A stretch of DNA of 20,000 bases from Coniocarpon cinnabarinum (taxonomy: Eukaryota), in assembly GCA_051942205.1 (NCBI GenBank), contig JAVECO010000124.1, positions 50,885 through 70,884 on the forward strand, given 5' to 3'. The notes below the pieces were generated by a model. The model was given only the letters and a program-made list of their open reading frames with translations, was not told the origin of the DNA and did not search any database. Numbering within the stretch: the stretch's first letter is position 1; every line of letters starts with the position of its first letter. The translations under genes were made by a program, and so were the position numbers. Below are positions 10,852 through 20,000 of the stretch, piece after piece.

Positions 10852-13756
10852 TCACGCGATCAGAATGTCCTTTAACCAAAGATCTGGAAGTACGACATCT
10901 GCCGGCCATTCATAAACGCCTTTCCATGTCCACGCAGGGAAGGTGACCGAGCGGTGATACAGATCAGGCTTCTCACCCTCTGGAGTTAGTGATGGCGCAG
11001 TGAAATCACCATTCGATCCGCAAACAGCAAACAGTGTACCTCTTATGGGGCCGCGGTATTGCGCAGCGGATTGGTTGAGCATCTCAATTGTTGGTCGAAG
11101 CGCCCACCAGATGTCAGGACTAGTGCATTTGGCCATTGGTCCGGGGTCGGGCTGTATCAATAATCCATGCTTGAAGCCGTGAAGCATGCTGTCCTGGATC
11201 TTGCTGAGCTGCCCCAAGAAATCTACAGACTCGAGCTTGTTCTCTACAAGAGATCTCTCGAAGCGTTCGCGCGCGTCCGCTGGAATTATTTTGAACCTTC
11301 TGAGTGCACTTAGTTTACCAGTGCGAAGAGGGAAATCAAATACTCTCCAAGAGCCTCGCAGACCATCTGCCGTGATCCGAGCATTACTAGTGTCCTCTCC
11401 GTTGTAAGCACGATACACGCTGCTCTCGCCGCTGCCGCCTCGCATAGCGTTCGGCGTTTTGGGCGCCCAGCTCAGTCCTGGCTCATTCAGTCGAGGAGCA
11501 GACGACAGCAAGAATCCAGTCGCCAATTTTGTGTTTTGTCTCGCACGCCAGAATTGCACGGGGTCTCTGAAAGGGTCCTGGTCATGAACTAGTAAGCTCC
11601 AGATGAGCATTTCATCGGGCTCCTCCCGGGCAGGACGGTAACTAAGAAGCTCTCCAGCTTGGCTGATTGAAATTAATGTATCGCCCTGTTTGTGGCGCCC
11701 ATATTCTGTCTCAAATTTTGACATCATCGTTCTTGAGGGCAGAAGATGTCCAAGTGACATCTCGAGCACACAGAGGTCAATGTGACCGAACTTGTGCACA
11801 ATGCGAGCAACATCAAGAAATGGGACCGTGTGGTTGTTCTTGCATAGGATCTGAAGATTTCGACGACCTTTAATTGACTCAAGGTAGGTCCATGCTCGAA
11901 CATTCCAGTCGCACACAAGCAGAGTTGCTAGAATCTGTTCACAGCGAGCAATAGTTGCGGGGTCAACGACATCACTGTCATTAGCAAGAGCAGTTCCAGT
12001 GAGGTCGATCATTTGCAGGTCCCGATCTCACACGAGCGTGACGCCGCAGAGACCAAAAACCATGTTGATGTCTTTAATGGCTGCTTTCTTCAAGATCTTG
12101 TCATCAGGTATACATGCAGTATCCATCCAGAACGAGTCACATCCAAGCTTTCGTGCGAGTTGCGACATCCGATGATACAAGCAAATGTTGATCCCTTCTT
12201 CCGGGCGTCCACCCATGCCAGCTATCCTACATTACCTGACGTTAGCAGATTTTGTTACTAAGCGTGCACGAAAGCCTTCTCGCAAATTTTCAGTTTTGAA
12301 TCACGAAGCTGTCCTTGACGGCAAAAACGCGCGTTAGACAGCAGAATTACACAGACCTGAACGAAGTCAAGATGTGCACTTACCAGACATGAGAGACCGC
12401 TAAAGTCGTCTCTGATGCACGACAATACGTGATGAACTCTGGATCTTCTTCTAGGCGCACAGCCTGCAGCCTTCCACATTGCAGGTAGCTGGATTGGTTC
12501 CAAAATATCCTGCTGCAACAACCACTGCAAGTCTCGTCATGCGCAGACTGGTTCTCAACGCCATTCATGTTGATGAATCGCTGACACTTATCTGGCCTAC
12601 TCCCGTCACAAATCACACCCGTTTGCTGGTCTGGATTACATCTTGAGGACAAGTTGCCGAATTGTTCATTAAACCTTTCATGCAAGGTACGAAAGTCCCC
12701 AGTAATGCTCACGCCTTGCTCACGAACAAGCTCCAAAGCCCAGCTACACATGTATTCATGTTTATTTCGCTCGGTAATATCTTTCAGTATTTGCTGCCAC
12801 GGTTTCTGGGCGGCTGGCACAGTGCGACGTAGTAAGCAATCAACTTCATGGCGATAGTCAAAAAATCCGTAACGCAGATGTATGCCTTGTACTTGATGCA
12901 CATATAGGAACACCATACGCTGCCAGGATGTCCACAGAAACGAGCGCACAAGCAGCCAACGAACATGGTCATGGCCTTGATCAGGTTCCACAGATATAGC
13001 AGAAGCGACCTCTAGAAGCTCAGCTGTGGTGTTAATAGTTCGCTGGACGAAGCTGTGCACACTTCCGTGCTCTTGAAGAATCCATCGAGCGGCAGAGAAA
13101 AAAGCAACGACGATGACGTTTCGCGAAGCGGCAGAGGCAACTTCCAAGCAAGACCAAGGTCCAATTGTAGATTGCGCGGAAATCTCTTCGTAATCTGATA
13201 ACATAGTCGAGGTCTTCGGGACCCGCTGCAGCAAGTCAAACGCTCCAGTAATAATAGACCTCGTCGTTGCTCGTTCTGGCAACTCGGCTCTGACATTGCC
13301 AATTACATGCTGCGAGTAAAGCTTGTCAAGCTCCTTGAAAGACGTGGACGGCTCTGTGATACAACTCAAGAACTCGAAACAGCGATCACGCATATAACTG
13401 AAGCGCTTGCTAGCTGTAAAGGAATAGAGCCGTGGGAGATTTGCAGTTGGAAATTCAATAAATTTAGGGTATTGAATTGCTGAGTCCTCGACTTGCTGAG
13501 TCGACTCATCCCAAACTTCTTGAATTCTCTCGAGACTAACAATACCGTGGCGCACAGGCTCAGCACAGGAACAATGCCTGTTGATGTAGGAGTTGTCCGG
13601 CTTTTGAATCCAGCTTTGCTCGCCCGTGCTTTCGCGTATCCTCTGTATGGCAAGTGCCTCCTCTTCGGACCCTCTTGGTGAGTCATCTTGGACGCTTATA
13701 CTTGCGTTGGACCGCTGGCCGTCACGTGAGTTAGCGCCTTTGATAGATATGCTCAT
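10852..13756 (-). CDS. HET (heterokaryon incompatibility)-domain protein, ~915 codons, interrupted by one in-frame TGA (null allele/pseudogene, recoding or extra intron)
   Basis: Exon 1 is 13756-12384, the intron 12383-12227 (GTAAGT..GCTAAC..TAG) and exon 2 12226-10852. HET-type motifs AVSHVW, GMGGRPE, FWMDTACIP, AIKDINMVF and CDWNVRAWTYLE. The ORF-track pieces 12028..12216 and 10852..12012 are in the same frame, separated only by TGA at 12030-12028 and five sense codons. Confidence 0.85.
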
Positions 13757-14370
13757 TGTGACCTCTGATGTGGTACCTGCTCAGCGAGCTGACTTTAAAG
13801 TCTGCGTCTGGATTGACCAACATGCATACTTCGGTGCTGTTGACCTGATTGAATAATCTTCCGCTATATCACCAAAGAGGTGAGGACAGAAGGAACATCA
13901 GAGAGTGGGGCATGGCCCGGCATTGAAAGGTTCTAACACAGATCTCATCTTCAGTTCATCTTTCACGCGCCAATTTTATCGATTATGATGTTTGGATGAT
14001 ATTACAACAGTATAGGGAATCCCAGCGGGTTTCAGGGCTATGATATTCGTTCCTGGATGTCTGATTTCTTGCGGCCCAACACTTGTGATTGTGAGGATCA
14101 AGCCACAGCCGCTGAACCCACATAAGCCTCGAAGAGCATTTTATGAACCTGGAGAGAAGGGGCACGAAGGCGCCCTGCTGGAAGATATCGTATTGAGACG
14201 CCTTGAAAAAGAAAAGTAAGGAGGCTCGGCTCGGCTTGGCTTGACGCGAGTTTGGGCAGGGTGCGCACACGTCAATACCGATTCATTGTAGAAATGGAGT
14301 GGCTCACAAATTCATATCTGCTGGAAACTGAGATTGGAAACTCCTCGAGAGATTGCTTGATGCGAAGATT

Positions 14371-17300
14371 ATGATGATGGATTTGAAGACGTTTGTGTCT
14401 GATAACCTGGTGGCCTTGGCTGGCGCATCAGATCCCACCACAGTCGACTTTGTACTTGCGATTGCTTCTTCGGCCAGATCATCAGCTCAGCTTCATGACA
14501 AGCTATCAGGACTGTTGGACGGCAACATACAAGGATTCAGCGACGAACTGTATCGGCGTCAGCGACCTGCTACGGCATTGAAGGCGAATGGGATCAGTTC
14601 GAGTACGGAAGAGGCGAAGCCTACCAAGAAACGATATGCCTTTGTGGACATGGAGGATGGTGAGGGGGAGAGATCGATCGCAACCCCTCCACACAATCAC
14701 TCGAAGGACGAAGCACGGAGAAGAAAACGTGATCGGGAACGAGACCGAGAGCGTGCTGCGGCTCGCGACGGCGCCAGGAAACGAAGTCGCAGCGGAGACA
14801 GAGTTCAGAGTCACAGACCAAGAAAAACCAGGCGAAGAGATGACCAGCCGTATGAAGACAAGTGGGGGGATGTGTCAACGGATGAGGTAGAGGACGTAGC
14901 AGATGCGCCTGACGATATTGAAAGCGTTAACGGCGATACGCACACACCGCGGAAGGAGAAGGAACCGGAAGAAGATCCAGACGCCCGAGACAAGCGAGAG
15001 AGGCAGGAGCTGGAACAGAAGTTGCGAGAGAAGGACAAGACAGGCACGAAGAAAGCTGGGGCCGATCGAAATGGTGCACCTGGCGGTCGAGATGCGGCCA
15101 AAACTGATTTGAAGGACGAAAGAATCAAGTCACGGCAGCAGTACCTGCAGAAGAGAGAAGCCGAACGTCTGGCCTTACTCCGAAAACAAGTTGCGGAGCA
15201 GGATGAGGAAGAGAAAACAAATCCCGATCTTTCAAGCAAAGAGAGAGAACAATTCGCATTGGACCGCCAGACGCTGGCGCTTGCAGAGCAACGGCTGCGA
15301 ATAGACGACCACATTGACGGCTATACATTACCTGAGGACTATATCACAGAGAAAGGCAAACTAGATCGACGGCGCAAAGAAGAAGCTCTCAACCGTCGAC
15401 ACATAGATCGTGATGAATACGGTCGAGAAAAGTATATCACCGAGCACGATCAGTGGGAAGCAGAACAAAGCGCTCGCGCGAAAGCACAAATCGCCGGTCG
15501 CGATCGGGTTGACGAAGGCGATTACGATTTTGTGTTTGACGATAGTCAGCAAGTGCAATTCGTCATGGATCACGTGGACGATCCAGGCGGGCGCAGGAAG
15601 AGAATGACTGCTGAGGAGCGCATGATGCAGAACAAACTGAACGCTGCGGAATTGAAAGCTAAGACGATCGAGGATACGCGCAAATCATTGCCGATGTACG
15701 AATATCGCGAGGGGCTCCTTGACGCAATCAACAAATACCAGGTACTTGTCATTGTCGGAGAAACCGGCTCTGGTAAGACAACGCAGTTACCACAATACCT
15801 CTACGAAGCTGGCTATGCGAAGGGTGGTAAGAAAGTGGGGTGCACTCAGCCCCGTCGAGTTGCTGCAATGTCAGTTGCAGCTCGTGTGGCCGAAGAGATG
15901 GGCGTCAAACTCGGCAATGAGGTGGGATACTCTATCCGATTTGAAGATGCAACGTCAGACAAGACCGTTCTGAAATACATGACAGATGGCATGCTCTTGC
16001 GAGAGTTCCTTACTGAGTCCGACTTGTCCTCCTATTCTTGTCTCATGATCGACGAAGCTCACGAGCGAACAATTGCAACAGACGTCCTTTTCGGCCTAGT
16101 CAAGGATCTCGCTCGGGCTCGACCGGATCTGAAACTCCTCATCTCTTCCGCGACGCTCGACGCCGAGAAGTTTGCCACCTACTTTGATGATGCCCCCATT
16201 TTCAACGTTCCTGGTAGACGCTATCCGGTTGACATTCACTACACTCAGCAACCAGAAGCTAATTATCTAGCCGCAGCCGTTACGACGGTGTTTCAAATTC
16301 ACCTTTCCCAGCCTAATGGGGACATACTGGTCTTCCTGACAGGTCAAGATGAGATCGAACTGGCTGAACAGAATCTGACAGAGACTTGTCGCAAACTGGG
16401 CTCTTCAGCACCTGAGTTGATAATATGTCCTATTTACGCAAACTTGCCTACTGACCTTCAAGCTAAAATATTTGAGCCAACGCCGCCCAGAGCCCGCAAA
16501 GTCGTGCTCGCGACCAACATTGCCGAGACTTCTCTGACGATCGATGGCATTGTCTATGTCATAGACCCTGGCTTTGTCAAAGAGAATGTCTACAACCCCC
16601 GCACAGGCATGGAATCTCTCGTAGTCTCGCCCATCAGTCGCGCGTCTGCAAACCAGCGGGCGGGTCGAGCCGGACGCGTTGGCCCTGGGAAGACGTTTCG
16701 ATTGTATACGAAATGGGCTTATTTGAATGAGCTGGACGAGAATACGACCCCAGAGATTCAGCGCTCCAACCTCAATTCAGTCGTTTTGATGCTAAAATCC
16801 CTCGGCATCCATGATTTGATCAACTTCGACTTCCTCGACGCACCACCTCCTGACACGCTGATTCGTTCTCTCGAAACACTGTATGCCTTGTCAGCTCTAA
16901 ACGACCGAGGAGAACTCACCAGACGTGGACGACAAATGGCCGAATTCCCTACAGACCCCATGCTATCCAAGGCTGTTCTCGCAGCGAATGATCTGGGTTG
17001 CGTTGAGGAAGTGCTCTCAATCATCGCTATGTTAGGCGAGTCAGCTGCACTTTGGTTTCGACCGCGGGACAAAAAGATCCACGCGGATTCTGCACGCAAC
17101 CGGCTCACCGTCAAAGAAGGCGGCGATCACATCACGTTGCTGAATGTCTGGGAACAGTGGTGTGACGCAGACTTCAGCCCCATCTGGGCGAAGGAGAACT
17201 TTTTACAGCAGCGATTTCTGACTCGTGCAAGAGATGTCCGCGATCAATTGTTGAAGCTGTGTGAGCGTGTCGAGGTCGTCCCGAGTTCATGTGGCGCATC

Positions 17301-17634
17301 GGACATTCCACGTATTCTGAAAGCGCTAACGAGCGGATTCTTCCCCAACGCAGCGAGACTCAACCGTGGCGGCGAAGGCAGCTACCGCACTGTGAAGAAC
17401 AATTTGAGCGTCTACTTGCATCCCAGCAGCTGTCTAATGGAAGAAAAGCCACGATGGATCGTGTACTACGAACTGGTTTTGACGAGTAAGGAGTATGCAC
17501 GCAGCTGCTTCCAGCTGAAACCGGAGTGGCTGACGGAAGTCGCGCCGCATTTCTATAAGCAGAAGGACATTGACAAGATGGGGCCGACGGAGAAGAAACA
17601 TCGTGGACAGGGCGCACCAGCTGCGAAAATATGA
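14371..17634 (+). CDS. PRP2: Pre-mRNA-splicing ATP-dependent DEAH-box RNA helicase (Prp2/Cdc28/DHX16), ~1087 aa, single exon
   Basis: First ATG at 14371 (ATGATGATG; the ORF track starts at a TTG). Charged N-terminus with SRQQYLQKRE and GYTLPEDY segments typical of DHX16-type proteins. Motifs GETGSGKTTQ, CTQPRRVAAMSVA, DEAH, SAT, LVFLTGQ, ATNIAETSLT and QRAGRAGR, then an HA2/OB-type C-terminus. Confidence 0.95.
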   Translation: MMMDLKTFVSDNLVALAGASDPTTVDFVLAIASSARSSAQLHDKLSGLLDGNIQGFSDELYRRQRPATALKANGISSSTEEAKPTKKRYAFVDMEDGEGERSIATPPHNHSKDEARRRKRDRERDRERAAARDGARKRSRSGDRVQSHRPRKTRRRDDQPYEDKWGDVSTDEVEDVADAPDDIESVNGDTHTPRKEKEPEEDPDARDKRERQELEQKLREKDKTGTKKAGADRNGAPGGRDAAKTDLKDERIKSRQQYLQKREAERLALLRKQVAEQDEEEKTNPDLSSKEREQFALDRQTLALAEQRLRIDDHIDGYTLPEDYITEKGKLDRRRKEEALNRRHIDRDEYGREKYITEHDQWEAEQSARAKAQIAGRDRVDEGDYDFVFDDSQQVQFVMDHVDDPGGRRKRMTAEERMMQNKLNAAELKAKTIEDTRKSLPMYEYREGLLDAINKYQVLVIVGETGSGKTTQLPQYLYEAGYAKGGKKVGCTQPRRVAAMSVAARVAEEMGVKLGNEVGYSIRFEDATSDKTVLKYMTDGMLLREFLTESDLSSYSCLMIDEAHERTIATDVLFGLVKDLARARPDLKLLISSATLDAEKFATYFDDAPIFNVPGRRYPVDIHYTQQPEANYLAAAVTTVFQIHLSQPNGDILVFLTGQDEIELAEQNLTETCRKLGSSAPELIICPIYANLPTDLQAKIFEPTPPRARKVVLATNIAETSLTIDGIVYVIDPGFVKENVYNPRTGMESLVVSPISRASANQRAGRAGRVGPGKTFRLYTKWAYLNELDENTTPEIQRSNLNSVVLMLKSLGIHDLINFDFLDAPPPDTLIRSLETLYALSALNDRGELTRRGRQMAEFPTDPMLSKAVLAANDLGCVEEVLSIIAMLGESAALWFRPRDKKIHADSARNRLTVKEGGDHITLLNVWEQWCDADFSPIWAKENFLQQRFLTRARDVRDQLLKLCERVEVVPSSCGASDIPRILKALTSGFFPNAARLNRGGEGSYRTVKNNLSVYLHPSSCLMEEKPRWIVYYELVLTSKEYARSCFQLKPEWLTEVAPHFYKQKDIDKMGPTEKKHRGQGAPAAKI

Positions 17635-18667
17635 AAGTCGCCACCGCCATATATTGGATTGCACGCTGGGCCTGTCTGTCGTTAAGGATGCCTTCGCCTT
17701 GACCCGATGTGAGAAGTTGCTTTCGAGCAACGGCTGCTCTCGTTGCACACTCACAATGTACCGAACTCGTGCAAACGCCACGACACATTCAAGTATCTTA
17801 AGGTTCCTTAGTAGATGGTGCAACAGCTGATTCCACAGATTCAAATTGAGCGAGCATCAAACTCTTGCTCACTGTCATGAGCACTGACTGTGCCGTCGAA
17901 GCAAATGTCTGGGCCGTGTGATCGAGTCCCTGGAGGCACGCATGGAGCATGAGCCAACGCTGCACGACATCGGCGAGAGACTGCCTGACTGTTCAGCGTT
18001 AAATGCCTCGGCGTCCCCATTTCTCTCCACGTGACTCGCGTGCCAGGGTCTGCCAGGGACAAGGCGACCCACTTCTTTAGCGTATATTGACTCCTTACCC
18101 CAGATTCATGACTCCACACTTCATCATTCGCTCTTTTACCCTCTTCAACTCAAGAAAGATTCGACGCATGTCTCAGATGACCTCGAGTCGCTGGACATGG
18201 ATGCAAAAACCGAGAATAGCTTGAGCGGATACTAATTGATCTCGGAGAGTGTGGGACGAATTCTGCCCTGGACGCCGTGCCGAGGTCAATTGAGTTCGAC
18301 CATGGACGCTAACATAGCTTTGAACATGGCCTTGGATCCAGAACCGGCAAAAGACTTCCCAAAGAGTCCAGACGAAAAGCTGGGGCAAGTCAGAATGTCA
18401 ACTTTAATACGAGCCGTTCCAGGACCATCACTTTCTCCTTCAATGCACGCGTCGCGAGGGTCTTTACGAGGGGTTGCCGGTCAAACGCTCCCTCACGTCT
18501 TGCTCGTGGCAGGTGCAATGGACGCTCAACGCAGGCGCGATCGGCGTCCTTGAGCCATACGTGGGTCAGATCAGGAGCCAGTCACAGCTCTAGTGTCATT
18601 AAAGGCGCAAAGGAGAACCGGACGATTGCAATCTTGAGCGCAGCTGTTTGAGGCGTCTGTCCTCACA

Positions 18668-20000
18668 ATGAGTTCGCAAGATGTGGAAAAGCACCCTCTT
18701 CCACTGCAACTCCGCGACACGCTCCTCCAACTCAAACGACGACCCCGCCGCGACATCTTCGCCGTCGCTGGTGTCCTCTTCTGCCTTGTCATCTTCCTGA
18801 GCAGCACGCGCGCCATTTACGCGGGTGAATACGTCAAGGTACTTACAACCTCCTAAACCACCTATTCCTGCCATTCACCACCGCCATGACTACCAGCAGT
18901 CTCTGCACCCACCATCACTCGATCGCAACTAATACCACCTCAGTCTCACATCGCCTCCTACGCCACATCACACACTCCCTACCTACGCGACGCCACCAAT
19001 CCCCCCTCCATCATCCCCGCCCCAAAGAATCGCCATCTCGACCTCGCCGACGCCTTCTCCAACTACACCAAATCACCAACATGCCACCTCTCCTCTCTGG
19101 ATCTACACGACCCCTTCCACCCCCTCTGCACCACCAAATCCAGCCTCATGCGCGCCATGACGGACGGCGGCCGCGCTGGCCTGGACGCCCCCTACGCCCC
19201 TCGCGGCTGCGACATGCGCTGGTATACAGCACAAGAATTATGTCGCATCGCGAGCCGCTTCGACGTCGTGCATGTCATAGGCGACAGCATGATGCGTAAT
19301 CTGGCGGTTGCGATGAACACCCTTCTCCGAGCGGATCTGGTGGAGGGACCGCATCTGACCTGGCGAGAAGACCCGGAGGGGTTGGATTGTCGCTGCGCGG
19401 GTGCCTTCGGGGGAAGTGCCTGTCTGTTCAACTCGGCGTTTAGTTCGCAGCGTGTCCGGGAGGAAGATTCGAACGCGTATGGTGTTTGTGGAGATGACAT
19501 CCCGAAGGTTGAATTCAATACGCAGCTTTCTTATCCCCTTCCCGACGATGGTCTCGCGAAGTTGAACGAGCATTTACCTCCCGCTGGCGAAGAAACTCCC
19601 AAACCCCACGCCTTCATCTTCGGGCACGGTCTTTGGGACTCTTTAAACGTAACCGCGACGCAACTCTGGCTCACGCAATTACAAACCTATATTCAAACAC
19701 GGCACCCGCACTTAGCAGAGTCCTCGGCATTCTTCCCGCGTCTCTTCATAACGCCCAACGCCGCCGGCCCAGAAAAGCACGAGCAGTTCATCGTGAGTCA
19801 GGGCAATAAGGCACTCGTCAATTTCGAGATGGCGATGGGGAAATGGGTCAGTGAACGGCGCATGGGTGATCATCTCGGGACGTGGAATCTGACGATTCAG
19901 AGTGAGAGTCCCGATGGGACGCATGCGGGGATGCGGAGTTGTTTGGTCAAGGGGATGATGGTTTTTAATTGGTTGGATTCCGTGTGGCGGGAGCGTGAGG
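18668..20000 (+). CDS. Type II membrane SGNH/PC-esterase-like (TBL/Cas1-like) acyltransferase or esterase; 3'-partial
   Basis: Exon 1 is 18668-18838 (basic KRRPRR followed by TM IFAVAGVLFCLVIFL). The intron is 18839-18943 (GTACTT..CTAAT..CAG, phase 0). Exon 2 is open from 18944 to the window end and contains GCDMRWY, VIGDSMMRN (GDS at 19280-19288), GHGLWD and DGTH (19913-19924). Confidence 0.87.

Noticed and set aside
10852..13756. RIP as the cause of the HET premature stop
   Set aside because: TGY>TGA is a transversion rather than a C>T transition, and the gene is neither AT-rich nor riddled with TAA/TAG stops.
14353..14370. TTG start for the helicase as given by the ORF track
   Set aside because: Eukaryotic gene with in-frame ATGs at 14371, 14374 and 14377.
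18198..18553. Small ORFs or extra upstream exons before the SGNH-like gene
   Set aside because: No convincing splice path or motif was found, and the ATG at 18668 has a good context (CACAATG) giving a complete type II membrane N-terminus. They could be uORFs, but this cannot be tested here.

Overview
Eukaryotic, gene-dense window from a filamentous ascomycete (Pezizomycotina-like: short GT-AG introns with CTRAY branch points). Seven protein-coding loci were reconstructed by hand: (1) a 4-exon classical short-chain dehydrogenase (-); (2) a 6-exon ~233-aa secreted protein with remote G1 glutamic-peptidase-like motifs (+); (3) a single-exon CorA/MIT-family transporter (+); (4) pyruvate dehydrogenase E1 beta, PDB1 (-); (5) a ~915-codon HET-domain gene (-); (6) a Prp2/DHX16 DEAH splicing helicase (+); (7) a type II membrane SGNH/PC-esterase-like protein running off the right end (+), most of which is missing from the ORF track. 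The most notable feature is a single in-frame TGA in the HET gene (12030-12028). It falls where a Cys is expected (TLV*DRDL), is followed by 391 open codons, and also forms a GTGAGA donor-like site for a possible in-frame 57-nt rescue intron. A regularly spaced cluster of four CACGTG E-boxes lies in the divergent promoter at 2847-2892. No RNA genes, mobile elements or CRISPR arrays were recognised.
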